Below the pieces are notes generated by a model, which made no database searches, was not told the DNA's origin, and worked only from the letters and a program-made list of their open reading frames with translations. Made by a program: the position numbers and the translations under genes. This document shows, piece by piece, positions 41,243 through 49,470 of a stretch of DNA of 64,000 nt. The DNA comes from Verrucomicrobiia bacterium (GTDB lineage: Bacteria; Verrucomicrobiota; Verrucomicrobiia; Limisphaerales; UBA11358), in contig DASTWS010000030.1 in NCBI GenBank assembly GCA_035776755.1, positions 172,150 through 236,149 on the forward strand. The letters run 5' to 3'. Position 1 is the first letter of the stretch. Each line of letters starts with the position of its first letter.

Positions 41243-42412
41243 ATGCGCATCGGTTCGCTGGAACTGAAATCCAATTTATTCCTGTCGCCGCTGGCCGGTT
41301 ACACCAATCTGCCCTTTCGCCTCGTCGTGCGTGAAATTGGCGGTGTCGGCCTGTGCACCACCGATTTAGTCAATGCCCGCTCGCTCATCGAAAAAAAGGA
41401 AAAAGCGTTCAAGCTGATCGAAACACGGCCCGAAGATTCACCGCTGGCCGTCCAATTGTTCGGCAGCGTGCCCGATGAAATGCTCGCCGCGGCGCAAATG
41501 CTCGAATCGCTCGGCGTCCATTCTATTGACATCAACATGGGTTGTCCCGTTCGCAAAGTCTGCAACGTCGGCGGCGGCTCGGCCATGATGACGCAATTGG
41601 ATAAAACCGCCGCGCTCGTCCGCGGCATGGTCAATGCCGTAAAAATTCCCGTCACCGCCAAAATGCGGCTCGGCTGGGACGATGATAATTTAACCGCTCC
41701 CGATTTGGCCCGCTCCCTCGAAGACGCCGGCGTCGCCGCGATTTTTGTCCATGGCCGGACGCGGGAACAAGGATTTAGCGGCACGGTGAATCTTTTTGGA
41801 ATCCGCAAAGTCGTCGAAGCAGTGAAATCAATTCCCGTAATCGGTAATGGCGACATCATCACACCGCAGGCTGCGAAGAAAATGTTCGATGAAACCGGTT
41901 GCGCCGGCGTGAGCATCGGACGGGGCGCCTTTTATGATCCATGGATTTTCAAGCGCACGATGCAATTCTTAACTCGTAGCAGCGAACGTCAGTTCGCTCT
42001 GACTAAAAACAATGAACCGGCTCACGTCAGCTGCTACGAAAACAATCTTCCACCCGAACCGTCTTTTGCCGAACGCATTCGCGTGATGAACCGGCATTTG
42101 GATTTGATGATTGAAATTTTCGGCGAGGAACACGGCTGCCGGATGTTTCGCAAAGTGGCGCCTTGGTATTCCAAACGCTTCGGCCCGTGCCACGAATTCA
42201 ACAAAAAAGTTGTCCAAATCAAAACGCGCGCGGAATTTCAAATCGTTTTGGGAAATTACATCCGCTGGCGGCAACAATTTCTCGATGACAACGGCGAATT
42301 GCTTCCGCGATTCCGTCCCGCGCCGATGATTGCATCTTTTATGCGCGAAGAACCGGCGGTTGTGCAACGCGAACAAATTCCGGTGCCTAAAGGGCCGGTG
42401 GAAGTTTGGTAA
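41243..42412 (+). CDS. dus: tRNA-dihydrouridine synthase (DusB-like) with an internal insert
   Basis: LSPLAGYTNLPFR, DINMGCPVRKV, VHGRTREQ motifs. Extra segment between the TIM barrel and the helical domain. Confidence 0.85.
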   Translation: MRIGSLELKSNLFLSPLAGYTNLPFRLVVREIGGVGLCTTDLVNARSLIEKKEKAFKLIETRPEDSPLAVQLFGSVPDEMLAAAQMLESLGVHSIDINMGCPVRKVCNVGGGSAMMTQLDKTAALVRGMVNAVKIPVTAKMRLGWDDDNLTAPDLARSLEDAGVAAIFVHGRTREQGFSGTVNLFGIRKVVEAVKSIPVIGNGDIITPQAAKKMFDETGCAGVSIGRGAFYDPWIFKRTMQFLTRSSERQFALTKNNEPAHVSCYENNLPPEPSFAERIRVMNRHLDLMIEIFGEEHGCRMFRKVAPWYSKRFGPCHEFNKKVVQIKTRAEFQIVLGNYIRWRQQFLDDNGELLPRFRPAPMIASFMREEPAVVQREQIPVPKGPVEVW

Positions 42413-42424
42413 AATCATAAGTCA

Positions 42425-42928
42425 ATGAAGCTGCTTAAAAATCTATTTGGCATCCGTCCAAAGAATCAACCGGAACCGCCAAAATCAATTGAATCGTTAT
42501 TGATGATTGAAGATCGCGACCTTTATTTTGTTCTTAGCAAAGCGCCAAAAGACAAGCAGCGCCGTGTCGCTGCCGCAGTCGCACGCCATGCAACCGGCCG
42601 TGTTGATCTGCAAAATCCAATTTTGCGCGATGCTTTGTCACGCCTGGAGCGAAACGAAGACATCACTCCCGAAATGATTTCTGCCGTTTCACGATTGGTT
42701 GATGATTTGGATTTAAAAAATGACCGGTTGCAGATTGAAAACGACGACAAGCCAGTCAAACATCCTTCCGTTCCATTTGTTCAAGCCCGCGCCGCGAGCA
42801 GTGTCGCCGCCGCATTGTCAGGAAAAGTGGACGAAGCGGTTTACGAAGCGATTCATGCATCACAAGATTTGCCGAAAATTCGTCAAATCACATTGACCAT
42901 TCTAAAAGAAGGCATCCGGCCGGTTTAA
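42425..42928 (+). CDS. Hypothetical protein
   Basis: 167-aa ORF with normal composition. No recognised motif. Confidence 0.45.
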   Translation: MKLLKNLFGIRPKNQPEPPKSIESLLMIEDRDLYFVLSKAPKDKQRRVAAAVARHATGRVDLQNPILRDALSRLERNEDITPEMISAVSRLVDDLDLKNDRLQIENDDKPVKHPSVPFVQARAASSVAAALSGKVDEAVYEAIHASQDLPKIRQITLTILKEGIRPV

Positions 42929-42952
42929 TGCTTTCGCTATCGACAAACCAGA

Positions 42953-43987
42953 TCACAGCCCAACTTTGCCGCGAAGTTCAGCCAACTGCTTTTCCAATTC
43001 ACGCATGCGGCGGATCAGATCTGGTAATTGTTGTATCGCAATGACCTGACGCTTGAATTGTTTATCCGGTCCGGCCGGATAGCCAAGCACCGTTTCGCCG
43101 TCCGGAATGTCGCGCATGACACCCGATTTGGCGCCGACGACGGACTGGTTGCCAAGCTTGAGGTGTCCAGCAATCCCGGATTGCGATGCGATCACACAAT
43201 AATCTCCCAGCCGCGTGCTGCCGGCAAAACCAACTTGACCCATGATAAGGCAATGCCGTCCGATGACAACGTTGTGCGCAACGTGGACGAGATTATCAAT
43301 TTTAGTTCCCTGCCCGATGACCGTGGAACCCAGCGCACCACGGTCAATGGAAGTATTCGACCCGATTTCCACGTCGTCGTGGACGATGACATTGCCGGCC
43401 TGCAAAACTTTTCGATGACGGCCTTCGTCGAAAACATAACCGTAACCGTCCGAACCGATAACCGTTCCTGCGTGGATGCTCACGCGATTGCCGATTTGAC
43501 ATTTCGCGTAGATGACGACGTTCGGGAAAAGACAGGCGTCATCACCGATCCGGCAATCGCGACCGACTTGATTTCCGCCCATGAGCACCGAACGCGCGCC
43601 GATTTGCACGCGCGGGCCGACAACGCAATTGGGGCCGATATGCGCGGTGGAATCAATTTTGGCCGTTGAATCAATGACCGCGCTGGGGTGAATGCCCTGC
43701 GGTTGTTCATCCGGCGGAAAAAATATCGGAAGAATTCGCGCCATGGCGATACGCGCATTTTTTACGTGAATGAGAACTTTCCGGGATGGCGCAAATTTTT
43801 CGGAAACGAGAATGGCTGCGGCCTGGCTTTGCTCGGCGGCGGCAAAATGAGTGTCCTTTTCGGCAAAGGTAAGATCGCCGGCACGCGCACAATCTGCGGG
43901 CGCAAAACCAGTGAGTTGAATTGAGGCGTCGCCAAGAACTTCGCCGCCGAGTTGTTTGGCAATTTGATCCGCAGTGATGCTTGACAT
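42953..43987 (-). CDS. lpxD: UDP-3-O-acylglucosamine N-acyltransferase
   Basis: N-terminal LpxD domain plus hexapeptide left-handed beta-helix repeats (IGxxxxI). 344 aa. Confidence 0.9.
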   Translation of the reverse strand: MSSITADQIAKQLGGEVLGDASIQLTGFAPADCARAGDLTFAEKDTHFAAAEQSQAAAILVSEKFAPSRKVLIHVKNARIAMARILPIFFPPDEQPQGIHPSAVIDSTAKIDSTAHIGPNCVVGPRVQIGARSVLMGGNQVGRDCRIGDDACLFPNVVIYAKCQIGNRVSIHAGTVIGSDGYGYVFDEGRHRKVLQAGNVIVHDDVEIGSNTSIDRGALGSTVIGQGTKIDNLVHVAHNVVIGRHCLIMGQVGFAGSTRLGDYCVIASQSGIAGHLKLGNQSVVGAKSGVMRDIPDGETVLGYPAGPDKQFKRQVIAIQQLPDLIRRMRELEKQLAELRGKVGL

Positions 43988-44066
43988 GAGCGAAGGTTAG
44001 CGGCGCACCGGGTGGTTACAAGCTTCAAAAGCCAGCCGAAAGTAAAAGATAAAGCGGATCAATCGC

Positions 44067-45071
44067 TTAACCAACGTCTTGAAGCAATTTCTTTGCTGAT
44101 TCACGAACCATTTCTTTCAATTGCTTTGGCTTGAGAATGGTTACGTCCCCTGCCCAACTCAAAATCCAGCGCTTGATTTCTTCGAGGCTGGATAACTTTA
44201 ATTTCAATTCCACGCCGCTGTTTCTCAAATCGCGCAATTGCTGCGATTCATGCCATTTTTTTTCGCGGACATAATCCGCCACGCGCGGGCTGAAACGTAA
44301 AACAACTTCAAATTTTCCTTCGCCGGAATGAACGCCAAAGCTGCCGCGCAATCGTTTCTCCAACGAAAATTTTTCCGGTCGCGGAAAAATTTTTCCCGTC
44401 TGCTTGAGCGATTGGATCCGCGGCGGCACAAAGGTGCGGATGTCTTTGCGCGCATGGTCGTGCGCAAACAAAAACCATTCACCGTTGATGTTCGCCAGAT
44501 GATATGGGTCAACGATTCGCGGCTCGGCTTTCTTTGCGCCGGCTTTGCGGTATTGCAATTCCAATTGCTTGCGTCCCGAAACCGCTTTGGCCAATGCGTC
44601 CAAAATTTCCAAATTCAAAACCGGTTCCGCGCGCGTGCGGAAGGAAATCGCGTGGCCGATTTCATCCAGATTCAGTGAAATGGTGTCCGGCAGCGATTGC
44701 TCCATTTTTTTGAGCGCGGACAGCAGCGGTTTTTCGAACATCGTTCCGCGATATTGTTGCAGCGCTTTTTCCGCGACGACGAGCGCGAACAGTTCGCCCT
44801 CGGTGATTTGCATCGTCGGAAACGCGCTGACTTCGCCGTCGTAAAAATAACCATGACGAACGGGATCAAACTTCAGCGGCAGATTCATGCGGTCGCGCAT
44901 GAATTCCATGTCGCGCTGGATGGTTTTGGGACTGACTTCGATTTCCGCGGCGAGTGAATTGGCGTTGGGAAATTTGCCGGATTGAATCGCCTGATGAATC
45001 CGCAGCATCCGCTCCAACGGCGGACGCGCGTGGCGTGAAACATTATTCGTTGAATCGTTGAATCGTTGCAT
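44067..45071 (-). CDS. HTH-WYL domain transcriptional regulator (YafY/PafBC-like)
   Basis: N-terminal HTH (RMLRIHQAIQSGKFPNANSLAAEIEVSPKTIQRDMEFM). Central WYL-like region (DPYHLANINGEWFLFA). Confidence 0.75.
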   Translation of the reverse strand: MQRFNDSTNNVSRHARPPLERMLRIHQAIQSGKFPNANSLAAEIEVSPKTIQRDMEFMRDRMNLPLKFDPVRHGYFYDGEVSAFPTMQITEGELFALVVAEKALQQYRGTMFEKPLLSALKKMEQSLPDTISLNLDEIGHAISFRTRAEPVLNLEILDALAKAVSGRKQLELQYRKAGAKKAEPRIVDPYHLANINGEWFLFAHDHARKDIRTFVPPRIQSLKQTGKIFPRPEKFSLEKRLRGSFGVHSGEGKFEVVLRFSPRVADYVREKKWHESQQLRDLRNSGVELKLKLSSLEEIKRWILSWAGDVTILKPKQLKEMVRESAKKLLQDVG

Positions 45072-45104
45072 GGAGCCGATTGAACAATTCAGTTGTTCAA
45101 CGAA

Positions 45105-46247
45105 TCACGAACCCTTTTCCAACTTCGCGAGCAATTCGTCGTTGGTCTTGTGCTTCTTGAGCGCGGCGGTGAGCGTTTCCATCGCTTCAATCGGATTGAG
45201 GTCCACCATCGTGCGGCGCAATTTGCGGACGGCTTCAATCTGTTTGGCGGGGAAAAGTTTTTCCTCTTTGCGCGTGCCGGATTTCGGGATATCAATCGCC
45301 GGAAATAAACGCCGGTCAGAAAGTTTGCGGTCCAAAACCAGCTCCATATTGCCGGTGCCCTTGAACTCCTGGAAAATCAACTCATCCATGCGCGAACCGG
45401 TATCAATCAACGCCGTCGCGAGAATCGTGAGCGAGCCGCCATTTTCAATTTTGCGCGCGGAGGCGAACATCTTGCGCGGAATTTCCAATGCGCGGGCGTC
45501 CACGCCGCCGGTCATCGTGCGGCCGCTGCCGCCGTGAACGGAATTGTAAGCGCGGGCAATGCGCGTGAGTGAATCCATCAGAACGAAAACGTCTTTGCCG
45601 GATTCGACCATGCGCCGGCAGCGCTCAATCGTGAAGCGCGACAAACGCACGTGCGTTTCCAGATCCATGTCGTTCGAGGACGCAACGACTTCGGCTTTGA
45701 CCGAGCGCTGAAAATCGGTGACTTCTTCGGGACGTTCGTCAATCAACAGCACGAGCGCGATGACGTCGGGATGATTCGTCGTCACGGCGTTGCAAATTTG
45801 TTTAAGAATGGTCGTCTTGCCCGTGCGCGGCGGCGCGACGATGAGGCCGCGCGTGCCTTTGCCGATGGGCGTGACCAAATCAATCACGCGGGTTTCAATC
45901 AAGTCCGGCGAGGTTTCCAATCTAAATTTTTCGATCGGGTCAATCGTCGTGAGGTTCTCAAAGCGCACGGCTTTGACGTAATCCTCGAACTTCATGTCGT
46001 TGACTTTTTCGACGGCCTTGAGCTGCGGGCTGGTGCCGCGATGCGGCGGCTGCGTGGGACCTTCGATGAAGCTGCCCTCGCGCAAAAAGCTGCGGCGGAT
46101 GGTGTCGGGCGTGACGAAGATGTCGGTCGGCTTGGGATGATAATGGCTTTGCGCCGTCCGCAAAAAGCCGAAGCCTTTTTCGGAAATCTCAAGGTAGCCC
46201 GAACCGTAATTCGGATTTTTTTCACCGTTGTTTTCTGAACTGCTCAT
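45105..46247 (-). CDS. rho: Transcription termination factor Rho
   Basis: GYLEISEKGFGFLR RNA-binding start, Walker A PPRTGKT, and DSLTRIARAY. Confidence 0.95.
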   Translation of the reverse strand: MSSSENNGEKNPNYGSGYLEISEKGFGFLRTAQSHYHPKPTDIFVTPDTIRRSFLREGSFIEGPTQPPHRGTSPQLKAVEKVNDMKFEDYVKAVRFENLTTIDPIEKFRLETSPDLIETRVIDLVTPIGKGTRGLIVAPPRTGKTTILKQICNAVTTNHPDVIALVLLIDERPEEVTDFQRSVKAEVVASSNDMDLETHVRLSRFTIERCRRMVESGKDVFVLMDSLTRIARAYNSVHGGSGRTMTGGVDARALEIPRKMFASARKIENGGSLTILATALIDTGSRMDELIFQEFKGTGNMELVLDRKLSDRRLFPAIDIPKSGTRKEEKLFPAKQIEAVRKLRRTMVDLNPIEAMETLTAALKKHKTNDELLAKLEKGS

Positions 46248-46464
46248 AATTTGTAAGCGCGAAGGTGAATACCCGGAACATTTTTGAATTTCGAACTTGG
46301 GAAAGGTTCCGCAAAAGCGGAACTCTTAAAACCTTCGACACGCATTAACTACGCTTAAATGAGACAAAGCGCAACAACTTTTCGCAATAATTTATCCGCA
46401 GATTTTACAGATGAACGCAGATTGTCGTCAAACCTGCGTCATCGCGGTGCAAATTAACTCAAGC

Positions 46465-47448
46465 TTAGCCGCCCACTTCGGCGCGCGCTTCGGCGGCCAG
46501 CGGCGTGCTCAAATAACGCTCGCCAGTGGACGGCGCAATCGTGACGATGAGTTTGCCCTTGTTTTCAGGACGTTTCGCCACTTCAATCGCCGCGACGACA
46601 TTTGCGCCGGACGAAATGCCACACAAAATGCCTTCTTCTTTTGCGAGACGACGCGCCATTGTAAACGCGTCATCATTGGAAACTCCAATCGCTTCGGTGA
46701 TGAGCGGATTGCCGGCGGAATCTTTCAAGTGCAAATTTTTTGGAATAAATCCGGCGCCGAGCCCCTGGATTTTATGCGGCCCGGGCTTTAATGACTGCCC
46801 GGCAAGCGTTTGCGAAATCACGGCCGAATCCTTCGGGTCAACGGCAATAGCAACAAACGACGGCTTGCGCGGTTTGATGACTTCGACACAACCTGTAATC
46901 GTGCCGCCGGTGCCGACGCCGGCAACGACGATGTCCACGTTGCCGTCGGTATCGGCCCAAATTTCTTCGGCGGTCGTCCTTTTGTGGATTTCAACGTTGG
47001 CCTGATTTTCAAATTGTTGCGGCATCCAGGAGCCGGGCGTTTCTTTTAACAACGCTTCGGCTTTGGCAATCGCGCCTTTCATTCCTTCGGCGCCGGGCGT
47101 CAAAACCAATTTCGCGCCGAGCATCGCCAATAATGTGCGGCGTTCGAGCGACATCGTTTCGGGCATCGTCAAAACAACTTTATATCCTTTTGCGGCGGCG
47201 ACAAATGCCAGCGCAATTCCCGTGTTGCCGCTGGTCGGCTCGATGATGACGGAATCTTTTTTCAGAATGCCGCGGCGTTCGGCGTCTTCGATCATCGCCA
47301 TGCCGATGCGGTCTTTGACGCTGGAGAGCGGGTTGAAAAATTCACATTTCAGAAGAATGGTGGCGTGCAGGCCGGCGGTGACTTTGTTGAGTTTGACGAG
47401 CGGCGTGCGTCCGACGGTTTCGACGATGTTGTTATAGATGCGTCCCAT
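46465..47448 (-). CDS. cysK: Cysteine synthase A (O-acetylserine sulfhydrylase)
   Basis: PLP-lysine motif [11 protein letters not shown], and [11 protein letters not shown] at 47448 ([18 protein letters not shown]). Confidence 0.9.
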   Translation of the reverse strand: MGRIYNNIVETVGRTPLVKLNKVTAGLHATILLKCEFFNPLSSVKDRIGMAMIEDAERRGILKKDSVIIEPTSGNTGIALAFVAAAKGYKVVLTMPETMSLERRTLLAMLGAKLVLTPGAEGMKGAIAKAEALLKETPGSWMPQQFENQANVEIHKRTTAEEIWADTDGNVDIVVAGVGTGGTITGCVEVIKPRKPSFVAIAVDPKDSAVISQTLAGQSLKPGPHKIQGLGAGFIPKNLHLKDSAGNPLITEAIGVSNDDAFTMARRLAKEEGILCGISSGANVVAAIEVAKRPENKGKLIVTIAPSTGERYLSTPLAAEARAEVGG

Positions 47449-47599
47449 AAATATCTCTTTGGTTGTTTTTCTGTGGAGCAAGTTGCGCCGAATGAAATGA
47501 AGGAGCAAGAATTTTTTTAATCTTCCTCATCCTCTCCCTCTTCGTCTTCCGTTGATTTTCTAATTTTGATTCAAGAGAAAGAGCAAGAGGAAGACGAAG

Positions 47600-48480
47600 A
47601 TTTCTAAAAACATTAAGTCCCCGCCCAACCTTTCGGTTGAGCAGGGACAAATGGGGAATGGGAGTTCGTCACTCTCTCTTTCCCGAACCGGCATTAGACG
47701 CGCGCCTCTCGGCGGCTGCCGGATTCCCGACGCCATTCTCCACGGCAAGCGGAGTTTCGGCCTCGTGGCAGGGCCGTCCAGCGCCTTTCGGTCGCTGAAT
47801 TTCGAGTGAGGCTTTTCGGCTCGCTTCAACCGATGGTTGCGCCACCGGTCTGCAAACCAGGTCAAGACACGCCTGCGATTTCTTCTTTCGCGTCTTGGCC
47901 GCTTGGCTTCGGGTCAGCCGCTGATTTTGTCAGCGCGTTCGCCCACAGCCACGGGTCTCGCCTCTTCACTCATAGATTGCTTTTTGCCGCAGTCCAGCGG
48001 TGCCGTTTTTAACATCGCCGGCCTTTGGAAGGTTTTTCACGCGACTTGCCCGGTCATCGTGGCCTTCCCGTTGCAGTTTCTCTTTTTGTCCGCCTTTCGG
48101 CGTTTTTCGTTTGGCGAACTCAACGTTTTAATTTTGAATCCAGCCGAGATACCTGCACCGTGCTGATCCGCAGTAGCAACCGTTTGCCTGTTTTCGGCAA
48201 CTGCGATTCATCCAGGCTCGAAACCTGCCTGAACTACTTGACTCAATTCGGAACGGTTTCTAATCGCTCCTCATCGCGCGGCTCCGTCTTTCGCATTACT
48301 GACACGTGCGAGCGTGCCAGAGGAACCGGTGAATCTTGCCTCCGCCACCTGCCTTTCGGCCGGTTTTAGAGGAGCCGGATGAATCAGCCTCATCCAACTT
48401 TTCCCCAGTTACCTGGGATTATCCCGGAAACGTTCAGCTTCAATCTTTCGACCGCCACTGCCCGTTTCGTTCATTCATTG
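47600..48480 (-). ncRNA. Candidate large structured RNA, class unknown (boundaries approximate)
   Basis: No credible ORF on either strand. On the minus strand there are multiple GNRA-capped hairpins (47617-47648, 47703-47714, 47779-47797, 48091-48102, 48347-48364). Other helices lie at 47828-47840, 47919-47935, 48027-32/48064-69 and 48377-48395. Helix 47863-70/47890-97 needs a G.U pair that is legal only on the minus strand. Confidence 0.4.
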
Positions 48481-48544
48481 AACTGGAATCATCATAACAA
48501 TTTTTCCCGTTCCGACAATGAATTGATATGCACACGTTGTTCAC

Positions 48545-48575
48545 CAAAAAACCGCCGCAAACAAATTGCGGATAA
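48545..48575 (-). terminator. Orphan intrinsic-terminator-like hairpin (minus strand)
   Basis: Minus strand reads CCGCAA-tttgt-TTGCGG (48555-48571), then cgg, then TTTTTT (48546-48551). No gene lies upstream on that strand. Confidence 0.4.
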
Positions 48576-48721
48576 CGCAAAAACCATTGTCAAATCAATG
48601 CAAATCGCGTTTTTTGTTACAAACTATTCACAATAAATTTCAGCGAAAAACGGCGGTGGTGAACAAGTCTATGTGTAAAGTTTTGGAAAAATTTCGAAAT
48701 AAATTTTTTAGCGAAACAAAT

Positions 48722-48930
48722 TTGAAAAATCCCGAAGGGATTTAATCAATCAGCCCGGCGTTGGCCGATTGAAAAATCGGACTACGCCGGGCAATTGACA
48801 AAATGTTATTCAACCCTGACAGGGTTGAATCGTTTGCCGACGGATTCCCAGCGTAGCCGCTCCTCGCCTGTCCGGCTCGGACCGTCAACGCCGGGCTGGA
48901 TGATTTGAATCCCGTTGGGATTCACAAATT
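48722..48930. repeat. Symmetric palindromic element of about 200 nt (MITE-like or structured RNA)
   Basis: Imperfect terminal inverted repeats of about 40 nt, each containing an AATCCC-N3-GGGATT hairpin (48727-48743; 48908-48922). 13-bp perfect long-range complement CAGCCCGGCGTTG (48751-48763) / CAACGCCGGGCTG (48886-48898). Internal hairpins at 48754-48791 and 48807-48829. Confidence 0.5.
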
Positions 48931-49015
48931 GCGCTCGACAGGAAAATTTTTGAGAGCAGAATTTGTTCGGGTTTGATGAAAATATTTTTCTCTATCTGCG
49001 TTCTACTGCATTGCG

Positions 49016-49468
49016 TTGCTGCTTTGCCTTCCATCAGGACGTTTTAATGTTCATTGCGAACTGTTGAGCGGTGAAAGCGGAACGGCCAATGAAAAACTTT
49101 TAAGAGCCATCGGTGATATTTTTAAAGTGAATATCAAGATAGAAGATAAACACTTGTGGAATGGTTACCGGGTAACAGCTCCAAATCCATTACCAGAATG
49201 TTTCAAAATTTCAAAAGCTTCCGGCGGTGATGTGCAAATGCATGGAATTGGCGATTATGAAGGTTATCATTTGGATGATATACTATCTCATGCACTCTAT
49301 GATAAGCCTTTCGAGTTATCTTCCATAAATAATACGCAGCGATATGACTTGAAGTTGCAAGTTTGGCCTGAAGCCTATGGAGAAATGACGGCACTGCAAC
49401 AATTAGGTTTTGATATTGTTCGAGCCAAGATTCCAGAAAAGACTTTGGTGATTAATCCTCGCAAATAA
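49016..49468 (+). CDS. Hypothetical protein (AT-rich); start ambiguous, possibly frameshifted
   Basis: ORF has no in-frame ATG near its 5' end. An ATG at 48976 lies one base out of frame across an A4 run. Both frames encode a hydrophobic signal-like N-terminus. Confidence 0.45.
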   Translation: MLLCLPSGRFNVHCELLSGESGTANEKLLRAIGDIFKVNIKIEDKHLWNGYRVTAPNPLPECFKISKASGGDVQMHGIGDYEGYHLDDILSHALYDKPFELSSINNTQRYDLKLQVWPEAYGEMTALQQLGFDIVRAKIPEKTLVINPRK

Positions 49469-49470
49469 TT

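Noticed and set aside
48454-48460. GCCACTG (B12-box-like core) on the plus strand, considered as a cobalamin riboswitch.
   Set aside because: The upstream conserved elements (GGGAA...GGUG..AAUCC) are absent. The downstream gene is an unrelated orphan ORF more than 500 nt away.
47600-48480. Known large RNAs considered for the ORF-free region: RNase P, tmRNA, SRP RNA, group II intron, SAM/T-box leaders.
   Set aside because: By eye neither strand has GGAAAGUCCGG or ACAGAACCCGGCUUA (RNase P), a tRNA-like CCA end (tmRNA), or the SRP domain IV motif. No 34-nt domain V with an AGC triad and 3'-strand bulge is present. No SAM-I or T-box cores are present. A covariance-model scan is still needed to be certain.
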